Source of the DNA: Myxococcota bacterium
GTDB taxonomy: Bacteria; Myxococcota_A; UBA796; SXON01
Assembly: GCA_040386535.1 (NCBI GenBank)
Contig: JAZKFH010000009.1
Span: 181,451 to 245,450 of the forward strand
Length of the DNA: 64,000 nt
Reading direction: 5' to 3'
Below, piece after piece: positions 11,226 to 20,273 of the stretch. Position 1 is the stretch's first letter. Each line of letters starts with the position of its first letter. The notes beneath the pieces are model-generated. The model saw only the letters and a program-made list of their open reading frames with translations, was not told the DNA's origin and searched no databases. A program made the translations under genes and the position numbers.

Positions 11226-12959
11226 TCAGTTCTCGATCGGATGCCGGTCTGTTGTTTCCGCGACCCGCCAGGACGCGAGGTCGCGCCACGCGCCGAGGAC
11301 GTCGATCTTCGCGTCCTCGAAGCGCTTGTCGACCGCCACGATCTCGTCCGTCCAGTAGAGGAACGTGTAGGGCTGGTCGTCATAGATGACCTGCTGCAGC
11401 TCCTGCCAGGTCACGGCCGAGCGGGCGCCGTCGGGCTCCGCGAGCCCCTGGCCCAGCAGGCGCGCCACTTCCGGGTTGCGGTACTGCGTGAAGTTGAACT
11501 CGCTGTCCGGCGCCCAGATCACCGAGGGATCGACGTAGAGCGAGGCGGACCAGCCCGACAAGGCAGCGTCGTAGTCGCCGGTGCGGAGCCGCGCGAAGAA
11601 CACGGCGCCGTGGAGGGGCTCGAGCAGGACGTCCAGGCCCACGGCCCGCAGATTGGCCGCCACGCGCTCAGCCGCGCCGACGCGCCGGGGGTTGTCGTCG
11701 TTGTAGGCCAGGCCGAAGCGGAACGGCACGCCGCCCTTGTCCAGCCACCCGTCGGCGTTCGTGTCCGCCCATCCCAGCTCGAGGAGCCGCGCGCGCGCGT
11801 CGTCGGGGCCGTAGGGGATGGGCTTGATGCTGTCGTTGTGGACCCCGCACAACGCGGGTGTGACGGTCCCCACGGCCGGGCGCCCGTACACCTCGCCGGT
11901 GGCGGTCGAGGTCAACAGGTCCCGGATGAGCGCGTCGGTGTCGATCGCCATCGTGAGCGCGCGCCGCACCTCGCGGTCGCCGAACAAGGGATGGGGCGCC
12001 GGGCTCGTGTCCGGCCTGGCGCCTCCCTGCGCGCCCGCCTTCGTGGCGTCCCCGCGCCGCCCGACCCCGTTCCACGCCACGTAGTCCATGGTGCGCCAGC
12101 CGCGGCGGCGCAGCGTGAGCTCGCCCCGGCCGCCCAGCGCCGACGGGGCCGCCAGGGTGTCGGCGTCCGCCACGAGCACGTCGGCCATCAGGTGGATGGC
12201 GCCGCTCTTGAGCGCTTCGAGGCGTGCGGCGTAGTCAGGGAGCACCTCGAGGACCACGCGCCCGAGCCGGGGACGCATCTCGTCGGGACCGGTGAAGCGC
12301 TCGTTCGGCTCCAGGACGAGGCGCGCGCCTTTGTCCCAGCGGGCGAGCTTCCACGGCCCGTTCCCCATCGGGGTCTGGGCGTCGAGCGGATGTTCGCGCA
12401 AGGAGCGGCGCGCGACGGAGGGGTTGTCGAGCAGGTGCTTCGGCACGGCCGGCAGGTTCCCGATGTGGGAGAGCATGCGCGTGCGGTCGTAGGCCTCGGT
12501 GAACTCGAACTCGATGGTGGTCGGCCCCACGATGCGCGGCGCCGCGCCCGGCATAACGCGCGCGAGGTTCTCCGCCTGGGGGCTCGCCACCGCGGGGTCG
12601 GCCACCAGCTCGTAGGCGAAGCGCAGATCCTCGGCGGTGACCGCGGTGCCGTCCTGCCAGGTGAGCCTGTCGTCCAGCTCCATGCGGATCGTGCGGCCAT
12701 CCGGCGAGAAGGTCCACGACTTCGCCCACGCGGGCTTGAAGTCGAGCGCGCAGTCGAAGTCGGTCTCGAGCAGGGGGACGTTCAGCGCGGAGACGACGTT
12801 GCCATCTCCCGGGGACTGGTAGAGGACCGGGAGGAAGTCCTTCACGTCCGCCGGGACCCCGATGATCAGCGTCTCACTCTCGTCGGATGCCGCCGGCCCT
12901 TCCGCCGGAGGCGGGCAGGCCGAGAGCACGAGGAGCAACGGGAGAAGCGAGCGCCGCAC
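11226..12959 (-). CDS. ABC transporter substrate-binding lipoprotein, family 5 (peptide/nickel)
   Basis: Lipobox LSAC; WQDGTAVTAED, GNGPWKL, VRRALTMAID, LGWADTNADGWLDK. Confidence 0.9.
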   Translation of the reverse strand: MRRSLLPLLLVLSACPPPAEGPAASDESETLIIGVPADVKDFLPVLYQSPGDGNVVSALNVPLLETDFDCALDFKPAWAKSWTFSPDGRTIRMELDDRLTWQDGTAVTAEDLRFAYELVADPAVASPQAENLARVMPGAAPRIVGPTTIEFEFTEAYDRTRMLSHIGNLPAVPKHLLDNPSVARRSLREHPLDAQTPMGNGPWKLARWDKGARLVLEPNERFTGPDEMRPRLGRVVLEVLPDYAARLEALKSGAIHLMADVLVADADTLAAPSALGGRGELTLRRRGWRTMDYVAWNGVGRRGDATKAGAQGGARPDTSPAPHPLFGDREVRRALTMAIDTDALIRDLLTSTATGEVYGRPAVGTVTPALCGVHNDSIKPIPYGPDDARARLLELGWADTNADGWLDKGGVPFRFGLAYNDDNPRRVGAAERVAANLRAVGLDVLLEPLHGAVFFARLRTGDYDAALSGWSASLYVDPSVIWAPDSEFNFTQYRNPEVARLLGQGLAEPDGARSAVTWQELQQVIYDDQPYTFLYWTDEIVAVDKRFEDAKIDVLGAWRDLASWRVAETTDRHPIEN

Positions 12960-12967
12960 GCCCAGGA

Positions 12968-13543
12968 TCAGGTGCCGTTCGTGGCGTCGGGCGTCGGGGC
13001 GCCGTACTGCATCGGCTGGTCCTCGTTGCCATCGGGCTTGCGGGCCGCCGAGATGTTCGGCTGCTGGGTGCCGTACTCGATCGCGTCGACCCGCACGGAT
13101 TCGCCGCCCTCGGCGTAGCTGAGGAGGAGGGACTCGCCGGAGCTGGAGAGCTTGAAGCTCATGTGGCGGTCACCCTGGCTCGGGGCGCCCGAGTCGCCCT
13201 CGCCGTCATCGTCGTCCGCCCAGAAGAGCGCGTAGCCGCCGGCGTCGATGCCCTGGCCGGTGGGGAGCGCCCACTTCAGCGGCTCGGCGGGGTCGTCCGA
13301 GATGTACAGACCGTCGAACTGCACGATGGTCGTGCCGGTGTTGTAGATCTCGACCCAGTCGTCGAACTGGCCCGCGCTGTCGGCGTTGATCGAGTCGTTC
13401 ATCGCGAGGAACTCGTTGATGACGACCGTGGGGGCCACGAGGGAGGAAGGATCGGTGTCCTTGTCCTTGCCGGGAGAGGTGTCGTCCCCGACGGAGACGT
13501 CAGTGCTCGTGCAGGCGAGGAGGAACGGCAGCAGGTAGGTCAT
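12968..13543 (-). CDS. Lamin-tail-domain lipoprotein
   Basis: LLAC lipobox; VVINEFLAMN, DWVEIYN, LYISDD, FWADDD, FKLSSSGE, PTP motifs. Confidence 0.85.
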   Translation of the reverse strand: MTYLLPFLLACTSTDVSVGDDTSPGKDKDTDPSSLVAPTVVINEFLAMNDSINADSAGQFDDWVEIYNTGTTIVQFDGLYISDDPAEPLKWALPTGQGIDAGGYALFWADDDDGEGDSGAPSQGDRHMSFKLSSSGESLLLSYAEGGESVRVDAIEYGTQQPNISAARKPDGNEDQPMQYGAPTPDATNGT

Positions 13544-13820
13544 CGAGAACTCCATCGGGGGGAGGCCCCCTCGGTCACGGCAGCGCAGGAGGTGGGCCCG
13601 GGGGCCACCGTCCTCCTGGTAGGCGCGCGGAGGCTCCGCGGAAACCTTGAACCGGAAGGTCGGACGAGGACGAAGCGCCGAGGCGGGCCCTGGAGCGTCG
13701 TCCGCATCGGGTCAGTGTACCACCGGACCGGCGCTCCGGTAGCCGAGACTAAGGTTCCTCGATGGGTCCTCGCTCCGAACGCGGGCGGAAGGTGGTAGGA
13801 TTCCCATTCTCCCTGCCGAG

Positions 13821-15305
13821 GTGTCCGTGTCCGAGAAGAAGACCAAGATCCTCTTCATCAAATACCACGAGGCCGCCGACCAGCAGCCGCTGAGCAAGAA
13901 GGCAGCTGAGAAGCTCGGGATCTTCCCGTCCCTCGCCCTCGCCCAGCTCGCGGCGTGGTGCCGGCACCACGGCTACCAGGTCGGCCTCATCGACCTGCAC
14001 GCCGAGAACCTCTACCCGAAGGACGCGGGCGGCCGCGTGCGCGACTTCGCGCCGGACATCGTCGCCCTCACGGCGAAGACCCTCGGCTGGCCCGCCACGA
14101 TCGAGATCGCGCAGATGGTCAAGGCCGAGTACCCCCGCGCCCTCGTGGTCGTGGGTGGTCCCCAGCTCTCCATCTACCCGAAGGAGTCGATGACGTGGGA
14201 CTGCTTCGACATGGCCGTGGTCGGCGATGGCGAAGAGACCATGCTCGACATCTGTGATCACGTCGAGAGCGGCTCCGATCTCGACAAGATCCCGGGCACC
14301 GTCATCCGCACGAAGGACGGCGAGATCGTCCAGAACCCGAGCCGGCCCGTTCCCAAGGACATCGATCGGTATCCGATGCCCGCGTGGGATCTGCTCCCGA
14401 TGAACAGCTACAACTGCCTGACGCTGCTCAAGCCGTTCGCCACCATGGTGACGACGCGCGGCTGCCCCTGGCACTGTGGCTACTGCTCCCAGGTGTACAG
14501 CGAGAAGCTCCGCTTCCGCGATCCCATGCTCGTCGTCGACGAGATGGAGCACCTCGAGAAGACCTACGGCGTGCGCGAGATCGTCATGTTCGACGAGACG
14601 TTCACGATCGGCAAGAAGCGCATGCGGAAGCTCTCCGAGGAGATCCTCCGGCGCAACCTCAAGGTCAAGTTCAACATCCGCGCCCGCGTCGACACGGTCG
14701 ACCGCGAGACGCTCACGCTGCTCAAGCGCGCCGGCCTCAAGAGCATCCACATGGGTGTCGAGGCCGGGACCGACCGCGTCCTCAAGATCATGAACAAGCA
14801 GATCACGCGCGAGCAGACGGAGAAGGCGTTCCGCATCGCGCGTGAGGTCGGCATCGAGACCCGCGGCTACTTCATGGTCGGCTACTACGACGCCACCCCG
14901 GACGACGTCGAGGAGATGATCCGCTTCTCCGCCAACATCGGCCTGGACTGGGCGAGCTACTCCGTCGCGACCGCGCTGCCCGCGACCGACCTGTACCGCA
15001 TCGCGCAGGAGCGCGGCTACGTCGATGGCGACTTCTGGCGCCGCTACACGATCAACGGCGGCGGGCCCATCCCGCAGCTCGAGACCGAAACGTTCACCGC
15101 CGAGCGCCTGCGCCAGTACCGCACCAAGGCGTACATGAACTTCTACCTCCGCCCCGACCTCATCCGTCGCAAGCTCTCCAAGAGCGAGGGCCGGGAGGAG
15201 CTGATGGAGATGTTGGGCGGCGTGACCGTGCTCTCGGAGATCCTCAAGAGCACGCTGACGAAGGCCATCCCGAGCGTCGGCATCGGCAAGTGGGGCACCG
15301 TCTAG
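13821..15305 (+). CDS. B12-binding radical SAM protein (class B methyltransferase-like)
   Basis: N-terminal cobalamin domain (VVVGGPQ, VVGDGEE); TRGCPWHCGYC; FDETF; GVEAG; YFMVG. Confidence 0.92.
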   Translation: MSVSEKKTKILFIKYHEAADQQPLSKKAAEKLGIFPSLALAQLAAWCRHHGYQVGLIDLHAENLYPKDAGGRVRDFAPDIVALTAKTLGWPATIEIAQMVKAEYPRALVVVGGPQLSIYPKESMTWDCFDMAVVGDGEETMLDICDHVESGSDLDKIPGTVIRTKDGEIVQNPSRPVPKDIDRYPMPAWDLLPMNSYNCLTLLKPFATMVTTRGCPWHCGYCSQVYSEKLRFRDPMLVVDEMEHLEKTYGVREIVMFDETFTIGKKRMRKLSEEILRRNLKVKFNIRARVDTVDRETLTLLKRAGLKSIHMGVEAGTDRVLKIMNKQITREQTEKAFRIAREVGIETRGYFMVGYYDATPDDVEEMIRFSANIGLDWASYSVATALPATDLYRIAQERGYVDGDFWRRYTINGGGPIPQLETETFTAERLRQYRTKAYMNFYLRPDLIRRKLSKSEGREELMEMLGGVTVLSEILKSTLTKAIPSVGIGKWGTV

Positions 15306-16651
15306 TCCTGGGCTCCGCGGTCGACACGACAGCACCGGCGCCGCCCTCCCAGGGGGCGGCGTTGCGCTTTTGGCTATGGCTCGGTTTCGTCAGCTTCGGC
15401 GGGCCGGCGGGCCAGATCGCGGTGATGCACCGGGAGCTCGTGGATCGTCGGCGCTGGATCAGCGAGCGGCGCTTCCTGCACGCCCTGCAGTACTGCATGG
15501 TGCTGCCCGGCCCCGAGGCCCAGCAGCTCGCCACCTACATCGGGTGGCTCCTGCACGGCGTCTGGGGCGGCATCGCCGCGGGGGCGCTGTTCGTGCTCCC
15601 CTCGCTGGGGATGTTGATCGGGCTCGCGTGGCTGTACGTGCTGCACGGAGACCTCCCCGTCGTGGCCGCCGTGCTCTCCGGCGTGCGCCCCGCCGTGGTC
15701 GCCGTCGTGCTCGCCGCCGCGTGGCGCATCGGCCGCCGCACCTTGCGCCACCCCGCGCTCGCGGCGCTCGCGGTGGCGTCGTTCATCGCGATCTTCGCGC
15801 TGGACGTGCCCTTCCCGTGGATCGTGCTCGGCGCCGCGCTCATCGGGGCCATCGGCGGGCGCGTGGCGCCGAAGGCCTTCTACGTGGGCGGGGGCCACGG
15901 CCCCATTGTCGTCGGGGAGGCCGGCAAGGCCGTGCTCGACGAGGACACGCCGCTCCCCACGTGGGCGCGGTTCTCGCCGGTCCGCCTGGCCGCCCAGGTA
16001 GTGGTGACGCTGGCGCTCGGGCTCGCCGGCTACGCCGCCGTGTGGAGCGTGGACGGCTCGGACGGCACGCTCGCGCAGATGGCCCGCTTCTTCACCCAGG
16101 CGGCGCTCCTCACGTTCGGCGGCGCGTACGCGGTCCTGCCCTATGTCTACGCGGGCGCGGTCGACACACACGGGTGGCTGCTCGGCCCCCAGATGATGGA
16201 CGGCCTCGCGCTCGGCGAGGCCACCCCCGGCCCCCTCATCATGATCGTGGCCTGGGTCGGCTTCCTCGGCGGCTGGCAGGTGCCCGTCGCGGGGATGCCG
16301 GTCTGGCTCTCGGCTGTGGCCGGGGGGTGCGTCGCCGCGTTCTACACCTTCCTGCCCTCGTTCCTGTTCATCCTGGCAGGCGGCCCGCTCGTCGAGGCGT
16401 CCCGCGACATGCCACGGCTCACCGCGCCGCTCGCCGGCGTCACGGCGGCGGTAGTCGGCGTGATCGTGAACCTCGCCGTGTTCTTCGCGCTGCACGCCGT
16501 GTTTCCGGAGGGGACCGGCGCATCGCCGGACCTTCTCGCGATCGTCATCGGGATTGCGGCGGCCATCGCGGTGTTCCGCTACGAAGTGGGCGTCGTGAGG
16601 CTCCTGCTCGGGGCCGCGGCGGTGGGGTGGATCGCGTCGCTCGTCCCCTGA
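15290..16651 (+). CDS. chrA: Long-chain chromate efflux transporter
   Basis: GFVSFGGPAGQ, PGPEAQQLATYIGW, TFGGAYAV, GEATPGPLIM; start uncertain. Confidence 0.92.
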   Translation: MGHRLVLGSAVDTTAPAPPSQGAALRFWLWLGFVSFGGPAGQIAVMHRELVDRRRWISERRFLHALQYCMVLPGPEAQQLATYIGWLLHGVWGGIAAGALFVLPSLGMLIGLAWLYVLHGDLPVVAAVLSGVRPAVVAVVLAAAWRIGRRTLRHPALAALAVASFIAIFALDVPFPWIVLGAALIGAIGGRVAPKAFYVGGGHGPIVVGEAGKAVLDEDTPLPTWARFSPVRLAAQVVVTLALGLAGYAAVWSVDGSDGTLAQMARFFTQAALLTFGGAYAVLPYVYAGAVDTHGWLLGPQMMDGLALGEATPGPLIMIVAWVGFLGGWQVPVAGMPVWLSAVAGGCVAAFYTFLPSFLFILAGGPLVEASRDMPRLTAPLAGVTAAVVGVIVNLAVFFALHAVFPEGTGASPDLLAIVIGIAAAIAVFRYEVGVVRLLLGAAAVGWIASLVP

Positions 16652-16722
16652 CAAATGGGAGCACGAAAGTACTGCGCTCCCGTGACATGCCCGCGACACT
16701 AGGCGGGTAGGGGAATGTCTGC

Positions 16723-17727
16723 ATGACCCGCATCGCCCATCTGTCGGACCTGCACCTCCTGGAGCCCGCCGTCCGCGCGCGCCGCGGCAGCGACTGGTTC
16801 CGCGTGCACTACCTCTCCCTGAAGCGCTCCCTCGACTACATCGCGCGCCGCGCCCGCGCCGAGCAGGCCCTGCGCGCCGCGGTAGACCACGGGTTCGACC
16901 ACCTCGTCATCACGGGGGATCTGACGGAGGACGGCGCGCTCGTCCAGTACGAGGTCTTGGCGGACGTGCTGGAGGCCAGCGGGATCCCGCCCGAGCGCAT
17001 CACGCTCCTGCCCGGCAACCATGACGCCTACGGGACGGCGATGCCCTGGGACGTCGCGATCCAGGGCCCGTTGGCCCGTTGGGCCGCCACCAGCCGCGAG
17101 GGCGGCGCCGCGTGGCTGGACGACTGCGTCATCGTGCCCGTCTCCAGCGCCGTCCCGCAGACCTTCCTGCGCTCCTCGGGCCGCGTCGAGTCCCACGCGC
17201 TCGACCACGTCGGTGCCATTGCCGACCGCGAGCCCGGGCGCCCCGTCGTCATCGCGCAGCACCACCCGCCGTACGCGGTCATGCACCAGTGGGTGCACGG
17301 GCTGTTGAACCACGAAGAGGTCACCGGGCTGCTCGAGGCGCGCGACAACGTGTCGGTGCTGCACGGGCACATCCACCGTCGCAAGGAGAGAGGGTTGGTC
17401 GCGGGTGGCCCGCTCCGCATCTTCTCGCCCTACGCCGTGGCCGACAACGCCGCGCCGCTCCGCATGTACGACGTGGTCGACGGGCTGTTGCGCCCCCTGG
17501 CCGCGGTGGCGGCGCGCCCGGATCCGCTCGTCGCCGTCGTGCGGGACGTCGAGGCGATGGGCGGGGTGGTCCTCCGGGACGTGGGCGCGCTCGGCGAGCT
17601 GGTGCGTCGCGACGTGGAGCATCTCGGCGAGGCGCTGCGCCACGACGTCGAGCACCTCGGCGAGGCCCTGCTCCACGACGTCGAGCACCTCGGCGAGGCG
17701 ATCCGGGCCGAGAACCTCGGCCGCTGA
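16723..17727 (+). CDS. Metallophosphoesterase (Icc/CpdA-like) with C-terminal 11-aa repeats
   Basis: HLSDLH, ITGDLT, PGNHD, HHPP, LHGHIH. Confidence 0.88.
   Translation: MTRIAHLSDLHLLEPAVRARRGSDWFRVHYLSLKRSLDYIARRARAEQALRAAVDHGFDHLVITGDLTEDGALVQYEVLADVLEASGIPPERITLLPGNHDAYGTAMPWDVAIQGPLARWAATSREGGAAWLDDCVIVPVSSAVPQTFLRSSGRVESHALDHVGAIADREPGRPVVIAQHHPPYAVMHQWVHGLLNHEEVTGLLEARDNVSVLHGHIHRRKERGLVAGGPLRIFSPYAVADNAAPLRMYDVVDGLLRPLAAVAARPDPLVAVVRDVEAMGGVVLRDVGALGELVRRDVEHLGEALRHDVEHLGEALLHDVEHLGEAIRAENLGR
17545..17709 (+). repeat. Five 33-bp coding repeats (consensus DVEHLGEALRH)
   Basis: gacgt(c/g)gagca(c/t)ctcggcgaggc repeated at 33-bp period, with two more degenerate copies upstream. Confidence 0.85.
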
Positions 17728-17737
17728 CGAGGCCGAG

Positions 17738-18844
17738 CTACGCGACCTCGACCACCCCGAGGTGCGTCTCCACGCCGTCGATCTGCGCCGCGAGAGAGTG
17801 CGGCCCCGCGATGGCGCGCCGGGTCGTGTGGTCACGGAGCGAGATGGACTTGCGCAACACGACGCTCTCGCCCGGCGCGAGGTCGACCGTGCGCAGCTTG
17901 AAGACCTTGCGCCGGCCCGCCGCGCTGCTCCCCGGGAACACGACCGCGAGGTCGACCACCGCGCGGGTCGCCGTCGCAGCGGGGTTTCGGACGTGCACCA
18001 CCACCGGGAGCGTGCCCCCGAGGGCCCCGGTGGCGGGGAGCTCCCCGCGCACGTCGATCGTCCCACCGCCCGCCCCGAGGAGCGCGATGGCCGCCTTGTC
18101 GGCCTTCTTCACGCGGTCGCGCAGGGCGTGCCGCACGAGCGCCACACGGAGCGGCGGCGCGTCCACCAGCCAGCGGCCGCACACCGCGAGGAGCACGGCG
18201 GGGTGGTCCTTTCCGATGTCGTTGAGGTTGTTGGCGACCGAGCGCCGCACGTACTCCGACGGATCGTCCCGGAGCGCCTCGAGGAGGGGGAAGATCGGCG
18301 AGGGATCGGCCTGGAGCGCGCGGAGCCGGGAGGCCCAGGGGAGGCGTGGGCGGGTGCCCTCGGACACGAGCCGGCGCACGTGCGGGTCGGGGTCGGACAC
18401 CCACAGTGCGAGCCGCGCCAGCGTGAGCTCCGGCCAGCGCTCCAGGAAGGCGCGGATCGAGAACTCGCAGGAGAAACGCCTGGTGATCGCGTGCTGGGCG
18501 TCGAGCGCGGCGTCGGGGTGGTCGATGCCGTGGGCGGCGACGAACATCGTGTGTGGCAGGTACACGAAGGAGGACATCCCGCCCGTGCCTGCGCCGGGCA
18601 GTTCAGCACGTTCGCCCAGGGTGCGCACCACGATTTCGAGCGCGCGGAGGCGGTCGGTCGGGAGCGCGCGGGCCATCGCGGCCGCGATGTGCTGGGCGCG
18701 CCCCATCAGCTCCTTGGGCTCGAGGCCGTCCGTCGCCTCCGCCACGAACGTGTCGAGCGGAAACGTCGGGTCCGCCCCGCGCAGCATCGCGCCGATGATC
18801 CGCACGCGCTCGGCGTCGAAGAAGTGCTTGAGAGCCTCGGCCAC
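17738..18844 (-). CDS. DNA alkylation repair protein (AlkD-like HEAT repeats) with C-terminal beta domain
   Basis: TRRFSCEFSIRAFL, HVRRLVSEGTRPRLPW, YVRRSVANNLNDIGKDHP, KVFKL, TTRR..AGPH. Confidence 0.88.
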   Translation of the reverse strand: MAEALKHFFDAERVRIIGAMLRGADPTFPLDTFVAEATDGLEPKELMGRAQHIAAAMARALPTDRLRALEIVVRTLGERAELPGAGTGGMSSFVYLPHTMFVAAHGIDHPDAALDAQHAITRRFSCEFSIRAFLERWPELTLARLALWVSDPDPHVRRLVSEGTRPRLPWASRLRALQADPSPIFPLLEALRDDPSEYVRRSVANNLNDIGKDHPAVLLAVCGRWLVDAPPLRVALVRHALRDRVKKADKAAIALLGAGGGTIDVRGELPATGALGGTLPVVVHVRNPAATATRAVVDLAVVFPGSSAAGRRKVFKLRTVDLAPGESVVLRKSISLRDHTTRRAIAGPHSLAAQIDGVETHLGVVEVA

Positions 18845-18846
18845 GG

Positions 18847-19227
18847 CTACTCCCGGTTCATCATGTGGGTGGCCACCTGCCCGAGCGCGTCGGAGAGCCC
18901 GGTGCGCAGGCCCTCGTCGGCCACGACCTCGGCGAGCGCGAGGTCCATGCAGCGCATCCACGCGTCCCGCGCGGCGCGGTCGACCACGAAGGGGAGGTGA
19001 CGGGCGCGCAGGCGCGGATGGCCCTTGCGCTCGATGTAGAGCGAGGGCCCGCCGAGCCAGCCCGAGAGGAACCAGTAGAGCTTGTCGCGGCTCTCGCCCA
19101 GGGCTGGCGGGTGCATGGCGCGTAGCGTCGCCACGTCGGGCAGCACGTCCATGTGGTCGTAGAAGCGGTCGACGAGCCGGCGAACCGCGGCGTCTCCGCC
19201 GATGGCGTCGTAGAGGGTGTCGGGCAT
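18847..19227 (-). CDS. Group II truncated hemoglobin
   Basis: LYDAIGG, LVDRFYD, FLSGWLGGP, GHPRLRARHLPF, RDAWMRCM. Confidence 0.93.
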   Translation of the reverse strand: MPDTLYDAIGGDAAVRRLVDRFYDHMDVLPDVATLRAMHPPALGESRDKLYWFLSGWLGGPSLYIERKGHPRLRARHLPFVVDRAARDAWMRCMDLALAEVVADEGLRTGLSDALGQVATHMMNRE

Positions 19228-19293
19228 GGCGACGGCTAACGCAGCGCGCCGAACGGGGTTCCAGGAGGGCCCGACCCCCGAAGGGGACGAAAC

Positions 19294-20217
19294 GTGTCCA
19301 TCGTCGCCACGACTGCGCTTAAGCTTGGCGTCGTGACCAGCCTCCCTTCCGCCGGCCCGCTCCTCGTCCTTCTCGCGATCCTCGCGGCCTCGCCCGCCCT
19401 GATCATCGGCGCCTGGCTGAGCTTCATGTACTTCCGCCGCGCCGCCTACTACCGCTACAAGCAGATCGAGGCCCCGCCGCTCCCGGTCAGGTCGTTCGTC
19501 CGGTACGGCCTGCTCGAGGGCGTGGCGATGCTGACGTTGTTCTGGTGGCGCGTCCGCGCCGCGCTCTCCGACGGGCGGCGGGATCCGCGGGGCCCGGTCA
19601 CCGGTCCGCCGGTCTTGTGTGTGCACGGCATCACCCAGAACGGCTCGAACCTCTGGGGCATCCGGCGCGCCCTCGCCCGGCGCGGGCGGTCCACGCGCGC
19701 GGTCTCCCTCGGCCTGTTCGGGCGCCCCCTCGCCGCCTACGTCCCGCCGCTCGAGCGCGCCTTCCGCGAGCTCGCGGCGGACTCGCCCGACGGCCGCGTC
19801 GATGTCGTCGCGCACTCCATGGGCGGCGTCGTGTTGCGCATGATGCTCGCCCAGCACCCCGACCTCGCGCCCCACTTGCGCCGCGTCGTCACCCTCGCCA
19901 GCCCCCACGCGGGCACGGCCAGCGGGCGCGGCCTCCCCCTCGGCGGCTCCATCCGCAACCTGGGGCGGCGCTCCACGCTCCTCTCCGAGCTCCCCGGCTT
20001 CCCCGTCAGCGCCGCGCTCACGACGGTGGCGGCGCGGCACGACCTCATCGTCTATCCGCAGGAGACCTGCCATCTGCCCGGAGCGCGCGCGATCGACTTC
20101 GCCGACATCGGCCACGTGGGGCTGCTCACGCGTCGCGTCGCGATCGAGCGCGTGGTGGACGTGGTGTGCGAAGCGGAGGGAGGGACAGAGACCCAGGAGC
20201 TCGGCGCCACGCCGTGA
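19294..20217 (+). CDS. Membrane-anchored alpha/beta hydrolase (lipase/esterase-like)
   Basis: N-terminal hydrophobic segments; VLCVHG, VAHSMGG nucleophile elbow, LASPHAGT, GHVGLL. Confidence 0.85.
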   Translation: MSIVATTALKLGVVTSLPSAGPLLVLLAILAASPALIIGAWLSFMYFRRAAYYRYKQIEAPPLPVRSFVRYGLLEGVAMLTLFWWRVRAALSDGRRDPRGPVTGPPVLCVHGITQNGSNLWGIRRALARRGRSTRAVSLGLFGRPLAAYVPPLERAFRELAADSPDGRVDVVAHSMGGVVLRMMLAQHPDLAPHLRRVVTLASPHAGTASGRGLPLGGSIRNLGRRSTLLSELPGFPVSAALTTVAARHDLIVYPQETCHLPGARAIDFADIGHVGLLTRRVAIERVVDVVCEAEGGTETQELGATP

Positions 20218-20273
20218 GGCGCCGACCGCCTCCCGCGTAGCGCTCCCCCCGCTTCGTGCGGTACATCGTCCCG

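Noticed and set aside
13821..15305. Hopanoid methylase linked to the mevalonate operon
   Set aside because: Three unrelated genes intervene, it is on the opposite strand, and no squalene or hopene cyclase gene is present
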